Positions 42,047-56,112 of a stretch of DNA of 64,000 bases are shown here, piece by piece. The notes under the pieces were generated by a model that was not told the DNA's origin, did not search any database, and worked only from the letters and a program-made list of their open reading frames with translations. The stretch's first letter is position 1. Every line of letters starts with the position of its first letter. The stretch lies in the NCBI RefSeq assembly GCF_009914755.1, contig NC_060931.1; one strand, written 5' to 3'. The DNA comes from the human T2T-CHM13v2.0 reference genome, Homo sapiens. A program made the translations under genes and the position numbers.

Positions 42047-45000
42047 TATCATCCTTTTATTTCCTGGACTGTAGAATTTCTGCTGATAAATCTGCTGCTA
42101 GCCTTATTGAAACTCTCTTACCTGTCATTTGCTTCTTTCTCTTGCTGCTTTCAAAATCTTCTTTATGTTTTTTATTTTTGACAGTTTGAATATAATGTTT
42201 TGGTGTCATCTTATTTGGATTTTATCTGGAGACTTGACTTTCCTGTGCCAGGATATTTTATATCTTTCCTCATATTTGGAAAGTATATTGATGTTATCTC
42301 TTTAAGCTTTCTGCCATTGGTCTCTCCCCTCCTCTTTTTAACTCCTATAAATTGAATGTTTGCTCTTTTGATGCTGTCCCATAAATCCTGAAATCTTTAT
42401 TCATTTTCATTTTTTTCTTTTTCTCCGATTGCATATTTTTATATAAACTGTCTTCATAGATTCTTTCTTCTGCTTGAAAAATTCTGCTGTCCATGCTCTG
42501 TATTGCATTTTACATTTATTGTATACTTCAGCTCCAAAATTTGTTTGATTTCTTAAATAATTTCAACTTTTCTTGTCAGGTTTCTACTATTGGGTGTTCA
42601 TTTTCCTGATTTCATTGAATTGTTTCTCTGTTTTTTATTAAAGCTCAATAAGATTTCCTAAAACAAATATTTTAAATTCTTTATCAGATCATTTATATAT
42701 CTCATTTTCTTTAGGATCAGCTACCAGAAGATTACTATGTTCTTTTGGTGGTATATCCCATTGTTTTTTATATACTTCTTATTGTATTATATTGATGTCT
42801 GCATATTTGATGGAACAGTCACCTCTTGCAGACTTTATGGGTTAGTTTCATTGTAGAAATATCTTTTCCTACGAGGAGGAGGAGTGTGAGGGTTCTTCCT
42901 GTGTGTGGTCCAGCAGTTCCAGCATCAGTGAGGGTGCTAGCTATAGAGTCTGCATGCAGTTCAGTCAGTTGAGAACAGTGTTAACAAATAATGCAGAGGT
43001 CCTCAACAGCCAAAGCTGTAGATGTCCATAATGGTCCTGAGGGTTGTTGGGGGTCTTTGGTGGTGATGGCTACTAAGGTCCCCCTCATCTCTTTGTCTCC
43101 CAAGAGGAATGTTGTGGCTAAGAGAATCCCTCTTAGCATTGGATCTGCCTTTTAGGTTCACTTGCAGTGTTGATCACACCAATGTCTGATGAGTAGCACC
43201 TGTGGAGTAGCTATGGAGCTAACACCTGAAGCATAAGCATGCATGAAGGGACTATGGCTCTGGAATCTGGGGCAATAATGACACTGCTGCCCAAGATGCA
43301 GACTCTCTTGCTTCCACATTAACAACAGAATGTGAGGCATGGATGCTTGCAAAGTGGCTGGGGAGCCACTGATGGGAACACAGGTGTGCACAAATTTACA
43401 GCAGCTGCTGGATTGGGGTGGAGTCTAGATTTCTACGGTAACTATGCCAGTGCCTAAAACCTGAGTATCCATAATGAGGGCTTGGCTTGGGGCCCAAAGT
43501 ACAAACTAGTTTTCCATGGTGATAGTTCCAATGTCTGCAACAAGGTAGGCCCGACACAGACACAGAGCCTGGGTCTGAGTGTAGGTACTCATGGAGTGGT
43601 TGCAGATATAGGGTCAGGGCATGTGAGAGGTTGGGAGACATGGCTGCTTCCTTCCCAAAGCTACTCGACATTGGCCACTTCTTGCAGGTGGGGCTGGGTG
43701 TGCAGCCGAGTCTTTCTCTGTGGGTTTCCTCAGAGAAACCAACAACCAATGGTCATTGGTTACCTCAGTGGCAAGAGATGCTGTTGTTCTCTGAAGAGCA
43801 GACTACTGGGGTCCACAGTTATTTCCAACATCTGGCTCATACCAATAGCCTCTGCCTTTTTTCCTTGCTCCTAGCTATCTCCTGGCATCTCAGGTATATC
43901 AGTCTCACTAGCAATCCTTTCTACACAGATGTTGTCTGGTTTTCTTGCTCTACTATATTGCTATAGAGTCTTTAATGGGCTGTTAATCCCTATCTGGGCT
44001 ATTTTGGCTTGTGAGTGGCTTTCTATACTTAAATTTTTGTGGAGAGATGAGGGGTGTTATCTCCTACTCTGCCATCTTAGTGGTATTGCTCTCAATACAC
44101 ACATAATATCCAATATCCTACTATGCATTAACATTAGGAGAGATTCTATACACAAGAGAAAAAAGTATATGTTATGTATATATACTTCATTTCAATACAA
44201 TTCTGACATAATTTTTAAGGGTACTTTGCTTGCCTGTCTTTCTCTATCCCACACTTTAGGAACTACGTTAAAGTAGAACACCACTTAATAGCACTGAATC
44301 AATTGTCTCTACTTATTTTGTCTAGTTTGTCATGATGTAGCCTAGCTCTTGGTTGTTCTAGCTTGACATCATAGTTAAGTAGTCTACTTTCTTTCTCTCT
44401 TCCCTTCTATGAGGTATAGCAATAAGCACTGACCTCAGATATACATTTGGCTCCCATTTCACATTTTTGCTCACCAAGTCTGACTTGGCCTTAGGCTTCC
44501 CTCAACTTAATATTGTTCCCCAACTTAAGATTGATCCTTCCAACAGATTTATACCAGCCCATGGAGTTGGATCCACATAATATTAAATGTCAGAGGGCAT
44601 AAGTCAAGGTAATTTATGATAGAGTTTTCTGAATAGAAAGTTGTTTGAAATTGTCTACCTCATATAAGCCAACCCCATCTATAGCTACTGCTTCTCAAGA
44701 GATGGCATGTGACCTGTTTTCTACCAGCTGTTTTTAGTGGAAAGCAGGTAAACATCCTGAAACTTTCTTCTCCAAGGTGGCTGTAGCTTTAATACAAATA
44801 TGTTGAGGGTGAAGGGCCATGGCTTTCTGTCTATTTGTGGGATATGTGTAAGAATGATCTCCAATGCAAATGGCACACCCAAAGCTGGAAAACGTTTTAA
44901 CATCATGTGCCATTACTCAATATGGCCAAATTCATTTGCTCTGAATTTCTTTCCTTTTAATTATTCACTGTATAAAATACAGGTTTATAATGGTCAATTT

Positions 45001-45099
45001 CCAAGTAGTCAGTCTGATTTTCTTCCTATTGTACCTAACCTTTGCCAACCATATTCTCCAATCATATTGAACTGCTTACAATTCACATTAATATTATAT

Positions 45100-47350
45100 T
45101 CATGTATTTATTCAATGAATAATCATCAGACATCTACTATGTTTCTGGTACTTTATTATGTGCTTAAAAAAAGCAAAGATAAATTCTAAAAAACCCATAA
45201 TTACCTTGAGAAAGAAATTACTATCGTCTAGGGAGAATCACATTATATAAAACAAATATGTGTAATAAAGTGTCATAAGCTTGATAACTGATACAAAGAA
45301 GAAAATGGCTGTTTATTTATTCATCCAAAAAAACATTTATTAGGTGCCTACTATGAGCAAAAGATCATACTGACATCTTGCACTATAATGCTGAACAAGA
45401 CAGAAATGATTCCTGCCTTCATGGAGCCTATGGACTAAGAGGTAAGTAGTGAAGTAAAGAGTAGAGTTGAGCAAATAAACACAGACACACAGATACACAC
45501 ATGCACGCCCTCACAACACTAAAGCTTGATAAGTGCCACAAAGAAATGTAAAGGAGTACTATGGAAAAGAATAACAAAAAAGACTTAATTTAGATAGAAG
45601 CTGTCACGGAAAATTCTCTGAGAAAATGACATCTGAACTGAGATCTGAAACATGAGTTGGAATTGGTCAGATAGAGAGTAGAAAACAATGTGTGGATTAT
45701 CTGAGACAAGAGTGAGCACCGCTCTTTCAGAGAACTAAAAGAATGTCTATGAGTTTAGAGCACAGCAGTACTTGTTGAGCCCAGATGAGTGGGTTTCCCC
45801 CAGCAAAACACACCCTCTCCACCAAAGGACAAAGTGCTTCATTAAATGGGTACTGTTCCTCATGCCACCCAACTGGGTAAGACCCTCCAACATGGGTAGT
45901 CACACACCCTATACAGGAGCAATCCTATGGCATCAGGTTGGTGGCCCTTGAGGTCAGATGTCACAGAAGAAGGAGCAGGCATCCATCTTTGCTGCTCTCC
46001 AGCCTCCTTGAGTGACATCTCCAGGCATGGGAGCGAATCAGATGAATAGGGCCTGAAGTGAAACAGCAAACTGTAACAGTCCTACAGAAGAAGGACCTGA
46101 CTATTGAAAGAAAACCAAACATGCACAAAGTGACAACAACAGCATCAACAATAAGAAAAAAAAAGGCCCCCACAAAAACCCCATCCAGTGTCAGCAGCCT
46201 CAAAGACTGAAACTAGACAAACTCACTAAGATGAGAAAGAATCAACAAAAAAATGCTGAAAACCCAAAGGCCAGAGTCCCTCTTCTCTCCAAATGATCGC
46301 AACATCTCTCTATTTGGCTCACAGAATGGGGCCAAATGCTTTAAGACTATGTTACAGAGCTTAGATATAATCCGTGAAATGCGAAGCAATTGAATCATAA
46401 GTGATGTGGTACACTCTTTAAAAACTCACTTTGACCATCATGTAAAAAATGGGTAGTGGTGGAGGGACAGGCATGGTTAAGACTAGAAAGAAGACTTCTA
46501 CTTCCTGTTGCTAATATCGTAATGATTTGGACTTAGAGCCAAAGCAATGATGTTGGGTGGAGGTAAGATTTGTTATTACAGTAGAATTGACCAGTTCTTG
46601 GTGATAGAATATTTTTTAAAATGGGTTAGGAGGTTGTAAGAGAATCACTAGAAGCTCATTTGATTCTTAAACTGAATCTTAAATTTTATGTAACTGTGTT
46701 TCAGTAAACAAGAAATTTGTGCAAAACCAGAGGGTTGTTAAACCACGTGGCTTAAAGTTTGGGGAGGGTGCATGTTACAAGCAATTATTTTTATTTATTC
46801 TGCTGAAGTCAGTAACATCAACTGAAGATTTATTACATGCTAAGTACTCTGCTAGGTACTGAAGGTTTTATTGTGAGTGAATCAGACCACCACTATCCTT
46901 ATGGAGCTTACAGTTCAGTGAGGGACAGAGATATCAATCAAATAATCAAAACAAATGGTATAAACTTTTTAGACATAGAGCCGCAAGAATCAATATAAAG
47001 AGAACTGACCTTTAATAAAGAAAGGAAGGGAAATCATTCTAAGCATTTCTTAAAAAAAAAAAAAAGTAAAATTTGAGCTGAGATCTTAAAATAGATGGGA
47101 CTTCAGGTTAAAGTAGTACGAAGGTGAAGGTGGTGTTTTAAACAGCCTTGGGGTTAGACAGAATATAGCATATTGAAATAACTGAAGACTAGAAAAGGAG
47201 AGGAGAAGAGTAGAAAAGGAGAGAAGTACAAAGAGAGGAGTGGGGTTATTCAGGTCTTTACAGGCAGTTTTTTTAAGTCTTTGGTTTTGTCCTAAGAGCA
47301 GTGGAAACCATTTAAGGGTTTTAAGCAAATGAGGGACCTGATTATATAAG
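45100..47350 (-). mobile_element. Cluster of L2 fragments (one interrupted by the L1 copy at 45778-46310)
   Basis: Repeated reversed L2 tails ('tttattcatccaaaaaacatttattaggtgcctactatg', 'cctgccttcatggagcct', 'tttgagctgagatct', 'ggaaaccatttaagggttttaagca'). Confidence 0.7.
45778..46310 (+). repeat. 533-bp dispersed duplicate of 56850-57383 (internal L1 5'UTR/ORF1-start fragment)
   Basis: Hand alignment shows near identity; the ORF track gives an identical 69-aa antisense ORF at 45860-46069 and 56933-57142. No poly(A) or TSD. Confidence 0.97.
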
Positions 47351-47939
47351 GCTATAAAAGAATACAGGTATCAGATCATGGAGGGACTTGCAATGCCATG
47401 TTAAGGGGTGAGAAATCAAGGTGATATGTTTGTATATAAGCTACAGACTATAGACTTTTTCCAGATTTCTAAATTTGGATCTCTGGTAGAGTTTGCCACA
47501 CAGATTTATAATCTTGGAAACCTATATTTTTAATCCAAAAGACATGTCTTTGTATACAAATTACATATACCCTTGTTTTAAAGAGATAAAACAGAAAATT
47601 TTACAAAAATATCAAGACATATAACAGAAACATATAAAAACACATACATTAATGTCTTTTAAGATATGGTCTCATTGATTCTTTTGCTTTCTAGGAGTTT
47701 AATTGCAAACACAATCTTTGACTTTTATCATGGGACCTGAATTTTATGCTGTGTTCAAATGAATCAGAAAACCTAGGTAGAGTTCTTGACGGTGTTCTGT
47801 TTTTAAGCATGAAGCACCCTAGGAGCATGTGCAATATGCAAACGTGTGTGAAGGGAAACAGACTTGCATGTTTTGTTTTCCTCAGCCATTACAGCTGATA
47901 GAGAGTTGTAACTGAGTCTTAAAAGGAATACAGGTGCAG

Positions 47940-48700
47940 ATTAATTCATTCATTCAGTAGACATGAATTAAGAGCCTACTGCGGATTAGGCACTGTGCTA
48001 GATTCTGAGAGAAAACCAGAAAAGAAGATGGCCCCTTCCTCCACAGAGCTTACAATCTTAGGCAGTGCTTTCCTAAGGATGCTCTAAAGACTCCATCAGG
48101 ATACTCTTGCATCCTTGTTAAAAATAAAAATTATTGGGCCTTACCCCAGAACCAACAAACCAGAATCTCTGAGAATTAGATTCTAGAATTTGTACCTCAA
48201 CAAGTTCTAAATATATTATTTTTGAAAACCATTTGTGTGATAATAAGGGCCTTTTATATTAGCTTAAGATGTTTTATTTTTAATCCTAAAAGTAATGGGG
48301 AAGGCACTGAAAAATTTTAGGGAAGATTGCATCAGCTAGGAAAATCCTATAAAAAGTCAAGTGAGGATGACTTTTAGTGGGAAACAAGTTAAGAGACATT
48401 TGCAAGAGTCCATTTACATAGTTCAAGGAAGATAATTACAGAGCTGGTCTAAGGAAGTAGCAGTGAATAGATATGAGAATAAAATTATGAAAGCTATTCA
48501 GGCAATAAAATTGACAGACTTCAGTGATATATGTGGAAAGAAAAGGTGTAAGGTTGGGGGTGTGGGTGTGGGGAGAAGTAGTTCAATTTTGCATTTGAGG
48601 CACCTGTAAGACATCCAACCAGAGAAGATTATATACGTCTGTCACTCAGGTGACAGATCAGGGCTGAAAATGTAGATTCATATATTGGTATCAACTAGAT
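47940..48700 (-). mobile_element. L2 fragments around a MER5A
   Basis: 'attcattcattcagtagacatgaattaagagcctactgc..ggcactgtgctag' and later L2 body words. Confidence 0.65.
48063..48235. mobile_element. MER5A-like (hAT-Charlie) MITE
   Basis: 'cagtgctttcctaa...ttgttaaaaataaaaattattgggccttaccccaga..cagaatctctg...aacaagttc...tttgaaaacca'. Confidence 0.65.
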
Positions 48701-49819
48701 ATTTGAAAACAAAGAGGCAAAATAAATACAAAAATTAAAGGTCAAATAAGCTAAATTTCAAAAGAGATAACTGTTTGGCAATGACAGGGCACCAAAGACA
48801 AGCCATCCTAATTGCCTAATCCAATCATCTCTCTTGGGCCAAAACTATTTCAGTGGTCAGGAACATCACGGGCATTGGTATATATGCCTTATTTCTCATA
48901 TTACAGTAGAAGTTCTTCATAGTCATTTTTATTTTTCCCTTTTAGTAATATACACAGAGAAGAAATCCAATATGCATTTGTTGCCTAAGTTAATGAATTT
49001 TTTTAATGGTCCCAACTTTGGATCCAGAAGTGCCAGAGATGGCAGTTTGGAGGGAAATGTTTGCTAAATGGAGGTATTCTGTTTGTCACTTATGAAAATG
49101 GTTCTCATTAACCACATAACCATACCATGTATGTAACTCAACTATTTATTTGCTTTATGCTGAAATAAGATTTAAGTATGCTAACAGACAAGTTCTTCAT
49201 TCCCAGTTAAAATCTGCCTTTGAAGTCAAGGCATTCCAAGCTTTTTTTCTCAGCAAAGGGCCTGTATAGCCAAAACTTGAGAGCAGAAACCAATTTGTTA
49301 GCTTTTGAGTTTCTAAGTAGACTTTATAAAATTTATGGAAGAAATAATATTTAGGAAGCCAAAGATTTTTAATCTTAAAAGCTACATTTTTAGAGAAAGA
49401 ATAGGACTTGTGTTCCAAAACTTCGATTTGGGGTGTCAAATATAAATCTAAAGGAAGGCAGGTATAAAGTTTAGTATATAAATAAAGGATTGGAAAAAGA
49501 CTGTATGAAAGATTATGCTAACTGATAACTGACTTCCAGAGTTTGATCAGGTCTGAGGCAGAAGAAAAATCTGAAAGAAGTAAAACGAGTAGCTAGAAAA
49601 AAGAAGTCCTCTTCCCTAGCCCCTAATTTTAATTGTGTGTTGGAAGGACAGAAGGAGTGAGGGGAAATCAGGGGAGATTGTACTTGATAAAACCCACTGG
49701 GGACTTTCCTATTCAGATGAAACTAAGGCAGATCCTCAAGTCTTTGCAAGCCATGGAGAATTGGGGGAGCATCAAGAGGTGTATAAAGATACAGAAAGAA
49801 GAAAAGCCTTCAGGCATTT

Positions 49820-49821
<2 letters not shown>

Positions 49822-49859
<38 letters not shown>
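49822..49859. repeat. (AC)n microsatellite, ~19 units
   Basis: Perfect dinucleotide run. Confidence 0.97.
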
Positions 49860-49861
<2 letters not shown>

Positions 49862-50189
49862 ACTCCAAGTGAATCATTTTAGAAAAGAAATGGGAAAGTG
49901 GTTTGAAGAAATAAGGAGCAAACCAAAAAAGTTATCTTCGGAATTATATTGTGAGTTCTTTATGAACAGAGACAAAATCTTAAAACTCAGCATAGTGCTA
50001 TATGCTAGATGAATATTGATAAATCAATTATCAGGAAATAATTACAACCTACATAAAGTATATGTTTAATCTTTAAAGAGTGTTACTGCTATAAGACTGC
50101 TATTGCTTAGAATTTCTGTGAAAATCACATGACAACCACGGAATGAATGGCCCCCTGTCTGACAGAGAATACAACAAACACCCTTATTC

Positions 50190-50610
50190 TGTACTCCAGC
50201 TGTTGCTTGAACGCACTGAACATGTTTCTATTTTAGGGAATACATACCTGCTAATTCCTTAGCCTGGAGCATTCTGCATATCTTTAAATCTCTTTTCCTT
50301 TCTTCTTTCAGAATTAGGTCTAATCCAATGTCACTTTATTAGAAAATTTTTAGGAGACAAGTGTATCTAAAACTTCCCACACACACGCACTCACATACTT
50401 CCAAACGATCCTTCTTTTATTATTCTGCTTCATTTTCCTCCATAGTAGTTATTACTAACTAATATAGCATGTGTTTATTTGTTTACTATGTCTCATTACA
50501 ATGTACCTCTGAAAGGGGAAATTTTTTCTGATCCACACAAAGTTATATTCCTGAATTCTATAACAGGGCCTCACACATAAGAATTCAATAAGTATTTGAC
50601 AAATAAAGAA
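50190..50610 (+). mobile_element. L2 LINE 3' part
   Basis: 'ttccttagcctggagcattct...cagggcctcacacataagaattcaataagtatttg'. Confidence 0.6.
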
Positions 50611-51689
50611 AAAATTTTTCAAAAGACAGCTAAAACATTTTTATATTAGCATTTAATTGTATACATTATTTATTGAAATAAGTCATATCAACTAGAGCTT
50701 ACTACATTTTTCACTATACAGATTTTTATTGTTAATGCTTTTGTTTTAATGTAGTATGACTTGCTGAAGAACAATCTTTTATACTAATTTTTCAACAGAC
50801 CTGGAAATTGGTCACTGGCTTGTGTCTAGGTTAATTGCATTACTTACTGCATATAGTCTTCTCATCAAATCCAAGTTGTATAATAATTATTGTATCAAAA
50901 AAAGTATCTTTCATATTGGGGCTGCAAATAAAAACAGGTAGAGGCCCAACATTGTTGGAGCTGAAAGGGGAAAATTTAACTACAAACCCTATTGGTTCTT
51001 AACCAATTGCTACCACATGGAAATTTCTCAGCTCCCATTTTAGGAAGCCCTTGCCCTATTCCAGAGAAGCAGCCTATTTTTCCTCATTTGCATTGAACAA
51101 CAATTTGTCCATCAGTGCACACAACCTCAGATCCCGTCTAAGTCTGCTCATCATTCTCATGACTAATTCCCTTGATTGCCTTTGGCAGCACACCATCTGC
51201 ACACCTGGAAATGGTCTTTTATCAGGGTCTGCTGTCCTTGATTAAACTCTATTTAAATTGGACATTTACAAGCAGGGGAATTGCTCAACTAGTTCAGGAA
51301 GCTCCTAGTTGACTTTTCAGATATTCTCTGAAGGACTGGCTGGTATATTTTCCTAGAGAAGCCAAAGTCTCTCAAACTAATGGTCTCAGGAAATGGATTC
51401 TCAGTTTCTAAGCCCTGCCATAAATAGCAGAAGGCAGTAGATGTAACTTCTTTGAAATAAATGGGTATAAAAAGGGTGAACTTGCAAGCTGTTACACCCA
51501 AGGAAAAATTTAATGTTTTTGTATCATAGGGTTCTTGTTTCTGATAAAAAAAAAAATGGAAGATGTTTCTTCACTTGGAGCTCATATAATAAGGCCCCAA
51601 GACTGCATATCAACTAGATCCTGGGGTAGGGTGAAGAGAATATACACTTTAATATAACAATATAACACCTACAAATAACTTGACATATA

Positions 51690-52080
51690 TCCCATGGATA
51701 TGTGAATTCTATGTCACATCCTCTTGAATCTGGGAGTGGTTGTAACTGCTTTGACCAGTAGAATACAATGGAAATAACACTATGTGACTTTCAAGGCTAA
51801 CTTACAAAGTAGCATGCCAGTTCTGCTTATCTGCTTTTAGATTCCCGAGCCTCAAGATGAGAAGTCTACCCACCCTCAGTTCACCAAGTTGAAGAAGAAG
51901 GACTCAGTCCCAACTGAGTCCAGTCTTCTAATCATCCTTGTCAAACCACCAGACATATGAGTGAAGCCATCCAGACCAGCCCATCCACTGATGCCAATGG
52001 AAGAAAACAATCACACGGATGAATCCTATCTAAAATTCTGACTCACTAAATAATGAGATATTAAAACAGTTTTTATATCT
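51690..52080 (+). mobile_element. MLT1 (MLT1H/I-like) LTR
   Basis: 'cctcttgaatctgggagtggttgtaactgctttgaccagtagaatac..ggaaataacactatgtgactttcaaggcta...ccaccagacatatgagtgaagcc'. Confidence 0.7.
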
Positions 52081-52364
52081 CAGTAGGTAGCAGCAAGTCT
52101 TAATGAATTTTGAAAAATGAGAATTACATAAATCGCATTCTCTAATCTCAGAGCCATCAAGTTTGAAGTAACAGGTAACTTTAATTAATTAAAATTCTGC
52201 ATATAAATCTTGTGGGATAAACTGAAAGTGATTATTTGAAGAAAATGCATAGCCTTAAGTATTTACATTAGGAAAAAATAAATTTAAGAATTAGCATAAA
52301 ATAACATATTGTACTAGATGAATATATACAATTTTTATTTGCCAAGTGAAGTAACAAAATGAAA

Positions 52365-52940
52365 ACAACATTATGGAGAAGGATAGGGATATGGAGGTTC
52401 CTCAAAAAACTAAAAATATAACTACCATATGATCCAGCAATTCCACTATTGCATATATGCAAGAGAAACAAAATTAATATATCAAAGACACATCTACACC
52501 CCCTTGTTAATTGCAGAAGCATTTATAATAGCCGAAATATGGAATCAACCTAAGTGCCCAACAATAGATGAATGAATAAAGAAAATGTAGTACATATACA
52601 CAATGGAATACTATTCGGCCATAGAAAGAATGAAATCCTGTCATTTGCAACAACATGGATGGAACTGGAGGCTATTACGTTAAGTGAAATAAGTCAAGCA
52701 CATAGAGAAAAGCATCACCTGTTCTCACTCACATGTGGGAGCTTAAAAAAATAGATGTCATGAATATAGAGAGGAGATTGGTGGTTACCAGAGGCCAGGA
52801 AGGAGAGGGAGGAGGAGACCTGATGGGGGGAAAAATAATATAAATGTATTTATTACCACTGAACTGTACACTTAAAAATAATAAAGATGATAACTTATAT
52901 ATGTATATTTTATTCTCAATATAAAAACTACTTTAAAAAA
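52365..52940 (+). mobile_element. L1MA/L1MB 3' fragment
   Basis: ORF2 end and 3'UTR: 'tatggaggttcctcaaaaaactaaaaata...gatggaactggagg...ttaccactgaactgtacacttaaaaat'. Confidence 0.85.
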
Positions 52941-53944
52941 GGAATTAGCAAAGAAATCTTAAAATATACCCAAAGACATCCTATGCTTAGCTCGAAACCG
53001 AAAATGTGTAGGTATTCAGGTTAATCATATAAGCTATACAATTCTTCTTCCACAATAAAGGGTTATCATCTTCAAATAATTCTTTTATTATCTTTATAAA
53101 GCCTTGAATTAATGATTGGCTTTCAGTTACAAATGAGAATTAACTGGGCCAGCTGGGCCACATTAATGATTGAGTTGAAGTTCAGTCCAGGTTGAGTCTC
53201 CTTGTAGAATATAACGATCATGTAGCATACTGCTGTCTGGATAATGTTTACCTCAGTGACATTACTATTTGGGTTTTTTGTTTATTTGTTTCTTTGTTTG
53301 TTTTACCATTTCCCTCTCAATTTTCTTATTGCTTCAGTTATCATCTGATATTTTAGATCTCTCCAAGAACCTGTGAGGTTCATTTTAAAGCTACCATGAT
53401 ATTCTAATATATGACATTAATACTTACCTAGTAACTTCTTGCAGATTCATACATAAGATAAAAATGTAAAGGATGATATTATTCTCTTGATATTTTTATG
53501 GATTCTCTTATATTTTTATACACTATCTCTTACACACTATCTCCAAGAAACTTGAATAAATCAATAAATACTACAGTGCAGTCCAGTATGCTTTACCACA
53601 GTCTCCATTAATCTGGAGTATTTTTGGAGTACAGATTCATTTTTGTACCACAGCAGAACACCTCTCTGTGCTGAGCAGTGTTTCATCTCAAGCAAACAAC
53701 TCAGCACGGCTTGTCCCTTTGCTATTGTCCAATAACAATACCGTGCCTTCTTAAAGTCTTCATTCTTCCCAGGTCAAACTTTATTTCCCTCAATTACATA
53801 ATAAGTTGGAGATAAGACCTTAATCTGATAGCAACCTCCACATAATCAATGGCAATAGTGGATGGAGAGAAAAATGGATCAGTGATGCAGCAGAATAACT
53901 GTCAAGTACTTCCTTTGGTAAATGTTTGTTAAAAATCATTTTCT

Positions 53945-54097
53945 CTTTTTTAATTTTGGTTTTAGAGACAGGGTCTCATTCTATCAGCCAGGCTGTATCA
54001 TATCTCACTGCAGCCGTGAACTCCTGGCCTCAAGTGACCCTCCTTCTTCCACCCACCAAAGCCCTGGGATTACAGGCATGAGCCACCAAGTATGGCC
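53945..54097 (-). mobile_element. Monomeric Alu-family SINE (FRAM/FAM-like)
   Basis: ~140-nt single arm 'gagacagggtctc...ctcactgcagcc.tgaactcctggcctcaagtga...gggattacaggcatgagccacc'. Confidence 0.8.
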
Positions 54098-54324
54098 TAA
54101 AAAGTAATTTTCATTATTATTATTGTTTATAAAGCTTAAAGATGACCAGCAACTGATAATTTTAAGATTAAACTTTGCCTCTCATTGACAAGGCAGGAAT
54201 GAAAGTCAGAAATTTGTTCAGTGATTATTTTACTCTTATCCCACATAATACCTATTTTCCCCATCAGTTAGGATGACCTATGGTTGTCATCTTGATCAGT
54301 CCTTATATCCTTCTCCTTTACCAA

Positions 54325-54540
54325 CTCATAATGATATTGATGATTACTAATCACTTACTACATTGTATTACCCAGCAATGCTCTAAGAGTTTTACATATA
54401 CAAACTCATTTACTCATCGTGATATCACTATACAGTAGAAGCTATCGTCATGCCGTTTTGATACGGGGAATCAGAGGCATTGAAATTTTAAGTAATTTCT
54501 ACAATGCTACCATTAGTAAGTGATGGGGCCTGGATTAAAA
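54325..54540 (-). mobile_element. MIR SINE adjoining the L1 insertion site
   Basis: 'gctctaagagttttacatatacaaactcatttactc...ggggaatcagaggca...agtaagtgatggggcctggatt'. Confidence 0.8.
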
Positions 54541-54559
54541 TAAAGAATTGGGACAGGGC

Positions 54560-54568
54560 CAAGATGGC
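54560..54568 (+). promoter_or_regulatory. YY1 motif at the L1 5' end (a second copy at 24514-24522)
   Basis: CAAGATGGC at the canonical position ~10 nt into both older L1PA 5'UTRs. Confidence 0.6.
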
Positions 54569-54679
54569 CGACTAGAAGCAACCGCATTTGGAGGCTTCCA
54601 TTGAAAAAAAACCATAATAAGCATATGAATCCTTCACTATCAACCAAGGTATCCAGGTTCTATCATCAAAACTGACTTA

Positions 54680-56112
<1,433 letters not shown>

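Noticed and set aside
43158-43966. Cluster of 77-130-aa ORFs on both strands
   Set aside because: Explained by the GC-richer 5'UTR of the L1MA element.
47695-47776. Plus-strand exon-like segment (ttcttttgctttctag|...CTAG|GTAGAG), and a similar acceptor at ~50798
   Set aside because: Weak donors and no coherent ORF; indistinguishable from chance motifs without RNA data.
53670-53687. CAGTGT loop suggesting an iron-responsive element
   Set aside because: The upper stem has a mismatch and the bulged C is absent; it is also 45 kb from the FTL remnant.
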